A DNA stretch of 64,000 nt, from positions 11,780,001-11,844,000 of the forward strand of contig OZ024761.1 of assembly GCA_964016885.1 (NCBI GenBank), written 5' to 3'. Positions 13,868 to 27,500 of this stretch are shown here, piece after piece. Within the stretch, counting starts at the first letter, position 1. Each line of letters begins with the position of its first letter. The notes beneath the pieces were generated by a model that was given only the letters and a program-made list of their open reading frames with translations, was not told the origin of the DNA and made no database searches. Made by a program: the position numbers and the translations under genes. Source of the stretch: Eledone cirrhosa (taxonomy: Eukaryota).

Positions 13868-14529
13868 TTAACAGGTACACAGGTACAATTGATTTTTCTT
13901 TCTCTTGGATTTCTTCCGATACTTTCTTTTTTTTTTTATTGCAAAAAGATGTTTCCTCATATGAAACAGTTGAAACTTTTCCAAACTTAGATAAATACTT
14001 TTTTTCCTTGTTTTTTTTTTTTCACCTCTTCAGCCATTGTGGTTGAATCAAGATCTTGTAAACTACATTATTGTAGTGCAGCCGTGGAGTAACCATTAAA
14101 GAAGGTCTTAAGTGTGGAGGCACATGACCTAGTGGTAAGGAGGTTGGACTCATGATCATAATGAGATTCAGTCTTGTAGGAGGCCAGCTAAACCTGCATA
14201 GGTGTGAGTTGTAAATTTCGGCATTGATGCCAGTGAATCCAAAGAACCTGTATTTGATGACACAACAATGCTATTGTTTATGAGGTAGCCAAATATATTC
14301 CTTGACAAACTGTAGTTTCAGCTCTTGTAAGGGCCTGAAAGAAAGATATGTTGGGTGGGTCGAGAAGGGGTTCTTATAACTGTAGAACTGAGTAAAGTAT
14401 TCTGCTTTCATGATCTTTATTTACCGTTTTCATGGGAAAACTAGTTGCTTGGGTCCCTAGGACTTTAAACTAAGGAGTTGGTGAAGGTTTTCGTTCCATT
14501 AATCCTCCTATCATGGTTGTTGATCTAAA

Positions 14530-14900
14530 TAATTGTTTCTACTTTTGGCACAAGGCCAGCAATTACTCAGTACATTACTGGTGCTTTATTTTATTGACCC
14601 TGTAAGGATGAAAAGCAAAGTTAACCTCAGTGGGATTTGAACTCAGATCATAAAGGGATGTAACTATGCTAGAAAGTATGGCTTCCAACCCTCTACCGAT
14701 GCTTTTTGATTTAGGCACAAGGCCAAAAATTTATGTGGTAGGCAATGTCGATTACACTGACCCCAGTATGTCACTGGTACTTTATTTTATCAACCTCAAA
14801 ATGATGGAAGCCAAAGTTGACCTCAACACAATTTGAACTCAGAACAAATACTGCTGAGCATTTGTCCGACGCTCTAACGACTCAGTCAATTAGCCGACCT
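14530..14900 (-). mobile_element. Two tandem Nin-domain SINE copies
   Basis: ggcacaaggcca...ctggt.ctttattttat..accc..aaggatgaaa..caaagtt.acctc...atttgaactcag occurs twice. Confidence 0.75.
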
Positions 14901-16763
14901 GATTGATGTAAATTTCTTATTGAATAAATTTTGTTCGTCGGTTAGTGTACGTAATTAGGTTTAGAACAGATACACCATGTCATTGTGCATTGTAAGAGGT
15001 GACTGAAAGAGTTGGTGACAGGAGGGGCAACTAACCTTAAAACATTGCTTCAAAAAGGACTCCATGTGGAAGATAGACGTTAAACAATGATGAGGAAGAG
15101 GAAAACCAAGAAAAGCACAGCTGAAGATGATGGAGGAGGAAATGAAAACCAAGGAATTAGTGACGGGTGATGTGGAGAACAGGGTAAAATAGAGAAACTT
15201 GTGAAGTCTGCAGAGCAAAAGCTTGCTTTAACAGGGCAAATGGCCTGATTTAGGAGTACCTACATGCATATATACAATCTTCATTACATCTGTTACATTT
15301 AATGACATTAAATACATTGCCTAATCAAGTGAAGGGACTCATTAGTTGAGCCTTCATTATATAAAGTAAGGAGCCAAGTGAACATAGGGTAGAGAGGACC
15401 CTTTGACCTTATTGAGGACCTGACAGCCTATCTAGTGCTGGTATCATGACAAAATGTATTAAGTACACTCTGTAAAGTGGTTGATGATTGAACAGGAATG
15501 ATATAAGATGGAGCAAAACCAACCGGCAGGAGACCCAGGGGTAGACCCCGGGCAAGATGGTTGGATAACATTCATGGGCATGCTTGGGTAACCAGCCGGT
15601 TGAGTGGGTGACGGTTGCTTCTGACAGGACCCGCTGAAGTGGGTGAAGAAAAAGAGGCGTACTCTCCAGCTTGGCTGAGCACGTGATAACTTTCCTAGGG
15701 CTAATGCCACAATAAACTGCACCGAGTACACTCTGTAAAGTGGTTGGTGTTAGGAAGGCAAGGGAATCTAGCTATAGAAACCCTGCCAAAATATGGAACT
15801 TATGAACGAGCAAGACATGGTTGGGTCATGTGTTGAGGAAGGACGAAAGTGACTGGGTGAGTGGGTTGATAAGGAAGGGGGGTGTTGAGCTGATGATCGT
15901 AAAGTGTTCGATTCCTGGATCAAGAAGCGTGTAGAGTCCTTAAGCAAGACACTTTATTTCACGTTGTTGGCAGTCAACTCAGCTGGTAAAAACGAGTTGC
16001 GATGTCACTGGTGCCAAGTTATGTGTGTATATTACTTTATTACTACTGCTTGTCGCAAGTTGCCGTCTAGATAACTGGTATCTGAAGTGATAAATACTGC
16101 ATTTTTAACTAACATAAAAAGCGTAGGCGATTATTGATACAGAAAATAAGGATGGTGTAAATAGAAATGTATATATATAAAGAGAAAGAGAGTCTGGAAT
16201 TAGCTGTCGTCTAAATTGCAAGAGCTCAGCCGTCGGGCCCAGACACTTTCTTGTTGAATGGGCATCCACCGAAACTTCGAAGTCATTGCCACTTCATACT
16301 TCGGAAAAATAAGTCTTATACTCTGTTCACATGTATTGAGTGCTCGTTCATTCGATTAATGTTTGAACATTTCACTGTACACACTTTAGTGAGTGTGTGT
16401 GTATGTATATATATATATATATATATATATACTGACACACATACACAATTAGTGGGTCTGTGTAAAGATGTGTTATGGAAGTGTGTGGATTCCTGCATTA
16501 TTATATCATTCAGAACAACAGTTCCACAGTTTGTGACATTCCACAGAAACGCTCCGAAAACCGACATGGAAACTTGAAAAACACATTAAATATGGCTTGA
16601 TTTAGTTTCTCTTGCTCTTTTAATGACTAATTAGTGTGTGTATGTAGAGATAGAATATTCGATTTTCATTGTCAAGAGTATATATATATATATATAAAAC
16701 ATTTATTGTTGTTGAATGAATAAAAAAAATGTTTGTGTGAGTATGGAGTAGTAAAATTAGTGT

Positions 16764-16820
<57 letters not shown>

Positions 16821-16883
16821 TTGTTTGTAAAATATCGTTATATTGTTTTCCTCACTCTACAACTCTATGGGTTGGGGTGCTGG

Positions 16884-16943
<60 letters not shown>

Positions 16944-17056
16944 GAGGAATTTTTATCGATTTAAGAATATTGGAAAGATCTGCCGTCTAAAATTATATAG
17001 TTTTACAAATACATAGGCATCTAGTATGTGTATGTCTGTATATATATATATACGTG

Positions 17057-17116
<60 letters not shown>

Positions 17117-17578
17117 CATACAATCACACATGATGTATGTATATTGGTTTGCCGTTGTAATTATGGTGGTAGGTGTTGAGCATGGCTAGAGATAACGATG
17201 ACTTTATTTTGACTCACTTTTTCGATAACCTATCTGTTTAGTAGTAATAGTACTTACTGCTACCACTACTACTACGGCTATTACTATTAATAATAAAAAT
17301 AATAATGGTATTGATGATAGATAGAAATAATGGAGAGGTTCATAGTGTGTGAATTATATAAGTGGAGTTTGCTAGTTGCTGTGAAATATTTGTTAAAGTT
17401 AGAGAAAGTGGTTTACTCCTAGTAAACATCGTAGTCGTTGTGCTATCGATACATCAATGACTGTAAGATTATTCAATAACAGGATGGAGAAAGTTTACAC
17501 ATGATAGGAAACTTTTTTTTTTTCCATCATGGCTGTTGTGTAGCAGTAGCAGTATTAGTGCTGTCGTGCACCTAATGT

Positions 17579-17642
<64 letters not shown>

Positions 17643-18049
17643 GTTGACGGAACTAGCATGGGTTTCACTGCTAGGACCCGTTGCATTTCAGGGTACTGAA
17701 ATATAAATATATATGTGTATATGTATATGTGTGTGTAATATATATATGTGTGTGTATATATATATATGTATGTGTAATATATATATATGTATGTGTAATA
17801 TATATATATATATATATATGTATGTGTAATATATATATATATATATATGTATGTGTAATATATATATATATATGTGTGTGTGTGTGTTATATATATATAT
17901 TTATATATATGTGTGTGTGTGTGTAATAGATATATATAATGTGTGTGTAGAAATCACTGTTGCAACATCTTTGATGGGGGTCGTATAACTTTCATCAAAA
18001 ACAAATAATTCGCTTCGTTTACGGTCTCGGATCTCGTAATAAACCTCCC

Positions 18050-18088
<39 letters not shown>

Positions 18089-18282
18089 GATGTATATTAA
18101 TAGTGTGTGTGTATATGTATATATTTAATACCCCGATGGAGATTTTTTGTGTGCTTGTATAATCCTTTAGTTTTACTTGCAAAAGGTACCTGGAGCGAAA
18201 ATAACTTTTTTTAAATCCCTTTTTTTTTATTATTTTGAATATTCTATTAAACACCCGAAATGAGTGGAAAAATATATATATT

Positions 18283-18326
<44 letters not shown>

Positions 18327-18408
18327 GCGTACTTGCTAAACAATGATAGTAGATACTTTTAGGTACATCTAATAAATATATTGTTACACTTTTTCACGTA
18401 TGTGTATG

Positions 18409-18480
<72 letters not shown>

Positions 18481-18605
18481 CTCAACGCATGGAAAAGAGA
18501 AAATTAATACGTATTTTTATAAACAAGTGTCATATTTAAAGGTACAGACACACACACACACCCGAACGATCGACTGTATTTATGTAACTAAATTAGCAAT
18601 TGTTG

Positions 18606-18652
<47 letters not shown>

Positions 18653-18888
18653 TATTGAACACATAAAATCTATTTCCATTCGACTGGTTTGTACTATAAA
18701 CACAGATTCACTGCTTTTATATATATCCGTGGACAATAACTTAAAATTATCGGCAAGGTAGACAGTGTTTTGTAGTAAAAGCTAGTCTCCTACATTAAAT
18801 TAGATAGTTAATTAAATACACACACTATTGAAATATACCCTTTGTTCTTTCTTGTTGTTTTATGTATATATATATATATATATTATAT

Positions 18889-18928
<40 letters not shown>

Positions 18929-20491
18929 TCGTTGTCTTACGACATGTGACAGTGGTGTCTAGTTTATTTGGCATACCTGAAATACTTCAGAGTTGGAAGT
19001 TGTGGCGTTCAAGGTTTTCCTTAAATGAAACCAACAAACGGTTCCCAACTCAAGAATAGAAACTGGGTCGTAGACCCATCAACCTCCTGTTTAAACAACG
19101 TACAATCGTGGTAGCTAGTTACATTAGTATTATTAGGTATTATATATTGGAATAATACAATAATACCTCTGTTTTAATGTCATAATAGTACTAACAATAA
19201 CGATCACATAATTAGAATTATATAAATGTTGAATTATGGCTGTGGATGTTTAAATTTCTTGTTAAGTTTAAAACTAATGTGTTCCACTAGCGAGAGCTGA
19301 AATATTTAATAGAACTATATGGAAAAGTTGTATGGTGAAGTCAAACTCCAAACATGTCTAAGGAATCCATCGAAGCCTCAGCACTGTTGATTAAAAATAA
19401 CAGTATTGGTAGTTCTTTACGTTTTTAGACCCCAAACAGTGACCTAAAAACATTTCGAATAATTAATAAATATTTTTAAACGTCACAAAATTAATGGAAT
19501 GATCAATATAAAATTTAAAAGAAATTGATTTGGTTTGGTTTAGTTTTTTTTTTTTTTTAATTTAACAACTGATAATTTAATTAAATTAAATTATTTGGAT
19601 GTGTTTTCGAAGTATTTAATATTTAAGATCTGGACTGTTTTATGAAACCAATGAACCAATGTTCTAATTAATTATGCTTTGTGCATTAACAAGTGATTTT
19701 TTAAAAAAATAAATAAATAAAATTTGGTATAAAATAACGAATTTATCGTTCTTAGTTTTCCAATAATTTTATCAAGTAATTGAATCATGTCTTTAGAAAG
19801 CATTTCACTGTAATTAGAAGGCAATCTTTCGTTACTTGTGAAATGGCTGAGTGTTATTACAAGCAGACTATTGTCTCTGTGTGTAGTAACTCGTTGGATA
19901 TGAGTTCCGACCCTGTTGTGGGTATTTTTTTTATTGTATGGTTCAAGTTTACTTAGCTGTGGGTGGATGGGGTTACGTGAGGTTTCAAAGAAACTTGAAT
20001 GCAATTGTTGTAGGGGGATCCTTCAAATGAACCCAAAGGGTTCACTAAAATATTGGTGTGGGTTGGGGAAAGAAATGGGGGTTTTCTTCAGGGTTTATCA
20101 GTGAAGTTTTTCAGTTCTTATGAACCCAAACTCTTCAAGATATGTTAGAGTGTTTGTGAGAGGAGGAGGAGGGCGGGCTCTGGGGGGATGTCAGTAAAAT
20201 TTGATGACTGTTTATGACATTTTAAAGATAATCAAGTATTTGAAAGAGTTTAGAAAAATAACTAATTAACTTTCTTATCTTTAAGTTAGTGTGTGGAGCA
20301 TAACTTAACAAAGGTTCTTACATAAAATTATGTTTGGAAGATTTTTATGTTGCAAATACCAGTTAGTAAATCAACCAAATTCTTGATTCTTTTCAAGATG
20401 ATTTAAAAATTATCAGCAGTGTCTTTCATTAGAAATGTGGTAACAAAAGGGTTTTAAACCAGACACAATACTTACATATTAAACACATTTA

Positions 20492-20990
20492 AATAATAAT
20501 AATAATGAAATTATTGTGTAGTGCTCAGGTGCACTACAACTCACCAAAGGTGCATGTATAGTACATAGAATAATATACAAATGTCAGGGAAGTGAATAGT
20601 GTATGAGTCATGAAATACATGTGTGCATGTGTATGGAGGGGGAATATTAGGTGTAGTGTTGGCGAATCTCAGGAAGCATGGAGGTTTTAAAGGATGCAGT
20701 GTCTCGACAGCTAACAACTGATGCAGGTAGTTTGTTCCATGCTTCAGCAACTCTGAGTGTGAAAAAATGTTTCCGAAAGTCATGGGAGCTGTGCTGTTTT
20801 CTGACTTTGTTGGCATGCCCATGTGTGTTAGACACATGAAAATCAAAATGTATCCATGCCCAGGGAAGCAAGGTGTTCAGAGTATGGTAGATGCCTGATG
20901 GAGGGTATTTGCTTGGCTGCACATCTCTGAACAGTTTCCAGGCAGTCAATTTAAAAAGAAAATTCTTTGTCAGGAATAGAATATGACACA
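20492..20990 (-). mobile_element. CR1-clade LINE 3' fragment (ORF2 C-terminus plus 3' UTR)
   Basis: Translation THGHANKVRKQHSSHDFRKHFFTLRVAEAWNKLPASVVSCRDTASFK is a typical CR1 ORF2 tail. (ATT)n end. Second copy at 44012-44218. Confidence 0.85.
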
Positions 20991-21490
20991 GACACAACTG
21001 ATAATATACCAGAGTCCATGCAAGTATCTAAACACACACACACAGGGTGGTAAACCATTGTTCAACTTGCATTTTCTCTTGTAGCAAAGATTGGACCAGT
21101 CATCACAGACTGATTGGTACTCAAGCAGGGCCGCAGACCTCTCAGATGGGGCCAAGAGCGTGTGTCTTGTTTCCATATGTTTCCGCACTCTGTTGATTGC
21201 TCCTGTCAGCTGATAGGGCACTGCATCTCGCTTATATAAGCTTCCATGCTCTACTGGGTGTATTTTATCGTAGCACCAACCCTATAGGAAGGTGTCATGT
21301 CTTGGCACGACTGAAAACTCCTCCCAACACTCATGGTTTAGCAAGATTATAGATTATAAATCTCTGCACAAAATTAGCTTCTGATGGGGAGGGGGTTATG
21401 GATGAACTAAAAAAAATGTTGAGAATCACTTTATGCTTTCCAAGAACACTTTATAATTTGTAATTAATTTGAAAATTTCTTCTTTTACAG

Positions 21491-21583
21491 AAAGTTATTG
21501 TCCAGATACTTCGTAAGGAGCTTGTAAACAAACAACAAACTTCTAATCAAGCATCCAGCCTTAATACAAATGCCTCCCAGCAG
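21491..21583 (+). CDS. PHF21A: PHF21A-like exon KVIVQILRKELVNKQQTSNQASSLNTNASQQ (phase 0-0)
   Basis: Acceptor tcttttacag, donor CAG|gtatgt, 93 nt open. Resembles the end of the PHF21A N-terminal coiled coil (KRVVEQLRKNL). Confidence 0.8.
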
Positions 21584-24500
21584 GTATGTTTCTTTGTTAT
21601 TATTATTGTTGTTGTTGTTATTACTAGGGTAGTGGTTTAACAGAGTTATTAGAGCGTCTTTGTTCAGTTCTTGACATTCTGAGTCCAAATCCCACCAAAG
21701 TTATGTTTGCCTAGATAAATAGTTTTTATCATTGATAAAAAGCACCCAGTCCACACTGAGAAGTGGTCATATAGGTGTCATGATAAAAAGCACCCAGTCC
21801 ACACTGAGAACTGGTCATATAGGTGTCATGATAAAAAGCACCCAGTCCACACTGAGAACTGGTCATATAGGTGTCATGATAAAAAGTGCCCTGTCCACAC
21901 TGAGAACTGGTCATATAGGTGTCATGATAAAAAGCACCCAGTCCACACTGAGAACTGGTCATATAGGTGTCATGATAAAAAGCACCCAGTCCACACTGAG
22001 AACTGGTCATATAGGTGTCATGATAAAAAGTGGCCTGTCCACACTGAGAACTGGTCATATAGGTGTCATGATAAAAAGTGGCCTGTCCACACTGAGAACT
22101 GGTCATATAGGTGTCATGATAAAAAGTGCCCTGTCCACACTGAGAACTGGTCATATAGGTGTCATGATAAAAAGCACCCAGTCCACACTGAGAACTGGTC
22201 ATATAGGTGTCATGATAAAAAGCACCCAGTCCACACTGAGAACTGGTCATATAGGTGTCATGATAAAAAGCACCCAGTCCACACTGAGAACTGGTCATAT
22301 AGGTGTCATGATAAAAAGCACCCAGTCCACACTGAGAACTGGTCATATAGGTGTCATGATAAAAAGCACCCAGTCCACACTGAGAACTGGTCATATAGGT
22401 GTCATGATAAAAAGCACCCAGTCCACACTGAGAACTGGTCATATAGGTGTCATGATAAAAAGCACCCAGTCCACACTGAGAACTGGTCATATAGGTGTCA
22501 TGATAAAAAGCACCCAGTCCACACTGAGAACTGGTCATATAGGTGTCATGATAAAAAGCACCCAGTCCACACTGAGAACTGGTCATATAGGTGTCATGAT
22601 AAAAAGTGCCCTGTCCACACTGAGAACTGGTCATATAGGTGTCATGATAAAAAGTGCCCTGTCCACACTGAGAAGTGGTCATGGAGGTGACACGACAAAA
22701 AGCACCCAGTGTAAATGTGGTTAGCGTTAGGAAGGGCATCCATCCAAAGAAACCATGCCAGAAACAGTTCTGTATGAACAAGACATGGAACAACTTGTCT
22801 AACACATACTAGCATGAAAAAATAGACATTAAAGGTGATGATGAGGAATCTGGTGTGGTTTCAGGTGGGTTGGTATCAATAGTTTGGCATGGCCATCTGG
22901 TCTGTCCCTCTTCACAGTGGTGCCACCCAGTTCCAGGCTTTTAAATATGCTTCTGCTGTCATTATGGTGCCATCCAGTCCCATACTGTAAATGTGGTTGG
23001 TGTAGGAAGGGCACCTAGCTGTAAAATCCCCATCCAAATTTACGGTCCCGTCAAAGCAAGGTGTGGCATGACCAGTCCTGGCTAGATTTGTCTCTTGATG
23101 CGGACAACTTGTCTGGCCCATGCTAGCATGGAAAAATGGAGGCTAATCCTTTAGTACATTACTCTATATATACTATTGTATTTTCATGGTAAAGGCTTTA
23201 GCTTACATAACATTTACATTACTCTATATATACTATTGTATTTTCATGGGAAAGGCTTTAGCTTACATAATATTTACATTACTCTATATATACTATTGTA
23301 TTTTCATGGTAAAGGCTTTAGCTTACATAACATTTACATTACTCTATATATACTATTGTATTTTCATGGGAAAGGCTTTAGCTTACATAATATTTACATT
23401 ACTCTATATATACTATTGTATTTTCATGGTAAAGGCTTTAGCTTACATAACATTTACATTACTCTATATATACTATTGTATTTTCATGGGAAAGGCTTTA
23501 GCTTACATAATATTTACATTACTCTATATATACTATTGTATTTTCATGGGAAAGGCTTTAGCTTACATAACATTTACATTACTCTATATATACTATTGTA
23601 TTTTCATGGTAAAGGCTTTAGCTTACATAATATTTACATTACTCTATATATACTATTGTATTTTCATGGGAAAGGCTTTAGCTTACATAATATTTACATT
23701 ACTCTATATATACTATTGTATTTTCATGGTAAAGGCTTTAGCTTACATAATATTTACATTACTCTATATATACTATTGTATTTTCATGGGAAAGGCTTTA
23801 GCTTACATAATATTTACATTACTCTATATATACTATTGTATTTTCATGGTAAAGGCTTTAGCTTACATAATATTTACATTACTCTATATATACTATTGTA
23901 TTTTCATGGGAAAGGCTTTAGCTTACATAATATCGAATCTATGAGATTTTGATATTATTTATTTTGAGAACAATACCTTAATGTCAGTATGAGTGGCTGG
24001 TTACGGCCGGTTTGAACAGAAAGGGGTGAAAGAATTCTGGCCGGATACGGCTGGTTTAAACACTAAAGGGTTAAACGGTGTTGATGATGATGATGATATA
24101 TAATATATTTACTGTAATTCTTTTCTTCTTTTTCAGCAGCATCAAGCTCAATCACAGCAACAGGTCCATATACAAAAACAGCAACAACAGACACATCCTC
24201 CGCAGCAGGTGCATGCTGTGCAACAACAAATGCATATATCTCAACAGCAATCAAATTCAGTGCAACGGCAGCAACCCCACACAGTGCAGCGACAGTCACC
24301 ATCTCCTCAGAGGCAGACAACACCACACACTGTGCAGCAGCAGCAGCAGCAGCAGCAACAATCACAACTACCACAAAGACAGCTGCAGTCACACCCGGTG
24401 CAACTGTCCCAATCACCACCACAACAACAACAACAGCAGCCACAACAGCCACCACCACCACAACAACAACAGCAGCAGCAGCAACTACCATGCCAGTCTT

Positions 24501-27500
24501 CTTCTCCCCAGCAGCCACAGTCCCCACATCAACATTTACATATTGTACAGCAGCAATCCCAGTCCCCTCAGCAACAACTGCAACCAATGCAACAACAAAT
24601 ATCTCAACATTCACATTCCCATTCTCAACCGGCCTCCTCATCCCCCCAACAGGCTCTGACGGCGGCAGCAGTAGTAGCAGCACCACCACCAACCACCAAC
24701 AACAACAACAACCAGCCTACTGCTGCTCCCCTTCAATCAGCTGACTTTATTAAGAAAAATGACAATGTGAAATGTCCCAGTATATTGAACACCCCCCACA
24801 GTAGAGTTAGCAGTCCAACTGTGAACAACTCAATTTCCTCCCGGAGTAACTCACCCCCTATCCGAGTACCACAGTATACCATCAGCAAAACTCTCTTACA
24901 GGTAACCTTTTTTTTTTTTTTCCTGTTTTTCTTTGTTCCTTTTGTTTGTAAATGTGGTTGCGGGTCCCGGACTATGGTTCCGCTGTGAGCAGGGTACAGC
25001 ACGGCCAACTGGTCTGTCTCTGTCCCACATTCATTTTTTTTATTTTTTTTTTTTTATTTTTTATTAATCCAGAAGATTGCGTTGGTATGGCCATGTGACT
25101 GCACATGGAGGATGACCGCTGGGTAAAGAAGTGCCAAGAAATCCCAGAGGAAGGATGACCACGAAAATCATGGGCGGAGGTGGTGAGAGCTGAGCTAACC
25201 TCAGATCGCTGAAGCTCACAGAGGAAATGACGAAGGAATGTGATGAATGGAGAGATGCTGTCCTGAAAAGGGCCCGTCCCACCCTTGCAAGCAAGGAAAA
25301 GCGGACGTGAAATGATGATGATATAATGTTAGGGTATATTTAACAGACATTTACTATGAAAAAAAAAATATTTGAAATTCTCTGTTATCTTATGGCTGTA
25401 CCTTTCAACAAGATTTCTATGGGTGAAGAGGACACTTCAGTTATGTTAAGGGCACAACAACCTCTTTAGTGTTGGAGATCTACACTATGAATTCACCCAA
25501 ATACACTCTGTGTTAAACTGAGTAATGGTTTATGTCTATCATTCAATTAGGCCTCAGTGGTATTTGAAATCGGGACGAAAATAGCTGGAACAAATACTGC
25601 AAGGCATCTCATCCAATGCTTCGGTGATCCTGCCTTGTGCTAGTAACTTATTTAGCAAACCCAGAAGTTTCCCACATTTGAGAAGCTGAAACAAATACTG
25701 CAGACCATTCTATCAGACATTCTACCCATAACAGAAACTTTCAATGAGATTCAGCATGACACAGTAGTGTGTAACAAGGCTAACACATTGAATTACTGGT
25801 ACAGTCTATTCAACACAGGCTTCCCAACAGTTTCCATCTACCAAATTACACTCACAAGGTTTGCTTTGACCTGAGGCAATGTTAACCCTTTAGCATTTAC
25901 ATTACTCTATATATACTATTGTATTTTAACAGTAAAGGCTTTACCTTGCATAACTATTTCACATAATATCGAATCTATGAGATTTTGATATTTATTTTGA
26001 GAACAATACCTTAACATAAGTATGAGAGGCCAGTTACAGCCAGTTTGAACAGAAAGAGGTGAGAGAATTCTGGCCAGATATGGCCGGCTTAAATGCTAAA
26101 AGGTTAAATGAAGTACTTTCAATGCTGGTGTGAGCTGGAAGGGTTGTCATAGTTTGGACAACCTTGTCTCACTCGTATGTTTCAATTTTGGCATAGATTC
26201 CACAGCTGGATGCCTTTCCTAATGCCAACCACTATACAGAGTGTACTGGGTGTACTTTGTAAAGTGGTTTGTGATAAGTAGATCAAAAATATGAAACGTT
26301 TTTCGTTTTTGCCAACTGCAGAGTGGATTCATGATAAATAACACTCAGTCCACCCTGTAAAGTGGTAGTGCTGGTGACACAATAAAATACACCCAGTACA
26401 CCCTGTAAAGTGGTAGTGCTGGTGCCACAATAAAACACTCCCAATACACCCTGTAAACTGGTAGTGCTGGTGACACAATAAAACACTCCCAATACACCCT
26501 GTAAAGTGGTAGTGTTGGTGTCACAATAAAACACTCCCAATACACCCTGTAAAGTGGTAGTGCTGGTGACACAATAAAATACACCCAGTACACCCTGTAA
26601 AGTGGTAGTGTTGGTGCCACAATAAAACACTCCCAATACACCCTGTAAACTGGTAGTGCTGGTGACAATAAAACACTCCCAATACACCCTGTAAAGTGGT
26701 AGTGCTGGTGACACAATAAAATACACCCAGTACACCCTGTAAAGTGGTAGTGCTGGTGCCACAATAAAACACTCCCAATACACCCTGTAAAGTGGTAGTG
26801 TTGGTGCTACAATAAAATACACCCAGTACACCCTGTAAAGTGGTAGTGTTGGTGCTACAATAAAATACACCCAGTACACCCTGTAAAGTGGTAGTGTTGG
26901 TGCTACAATAAAATACACCCAGTGCACCCTGTAAAGTGGTAGTGCTGGTGTTTTTTATCACAGCACCAACACTACCATTTTACAGTGCTGAAATTGTAAA
27001 ATGTTTTGTCTGTTGTGTTTCTTAAGTTTACCAATATATATTTTTCAGAACAAGAACCAGATGGCTCCCCCTAATGTACTTCCACCAAAGCGAACCTGTA
27101 CAGAAGGTGAACTAGATATCAAAAAAACTGTTGATAAAAAACCACCTATAACATGTGACGAGAAGAATGTTAAAACTAGCCAAAACATGTCGCGAGTAAG
27201 TTGATATTGTCTCTATCTATTACATGGTCCATTGTTGTTTTACTGGTTTCAGTCATTGTATTGCAGCCATGCTGGAGCACTACTTTGAAGGGTTTAGTCC
27301 TTCATATTGACTATAGTGCTTTTTGTTTTGTTTTTTTCATGTTTGGTACTTATTTTCCCTTTACAAAGGGCATTGCCTGATTTCTCTCCTTATCTTAACT
27401 TTATTCTCAAAATGCCACTGACTCCCTGTTTCCATCTACAAATGATTAGCAATGCTTGATTTCTCTCCCTATCTTCTTATCTTGATTTACTTCTAAAAGG

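Noticed and set aside
21729-22805. Long ORFs of 358 and 330 aa on both strands
   Set aside because: Artefact of a 48-bp (3n) tandem unit without stops. The array is intronic and SINE-derived.
23176-23952. 258- and 252-aa repetitive ORFs
   Set aside because: 60-bp tandem expansion inside a non-coding MITE.
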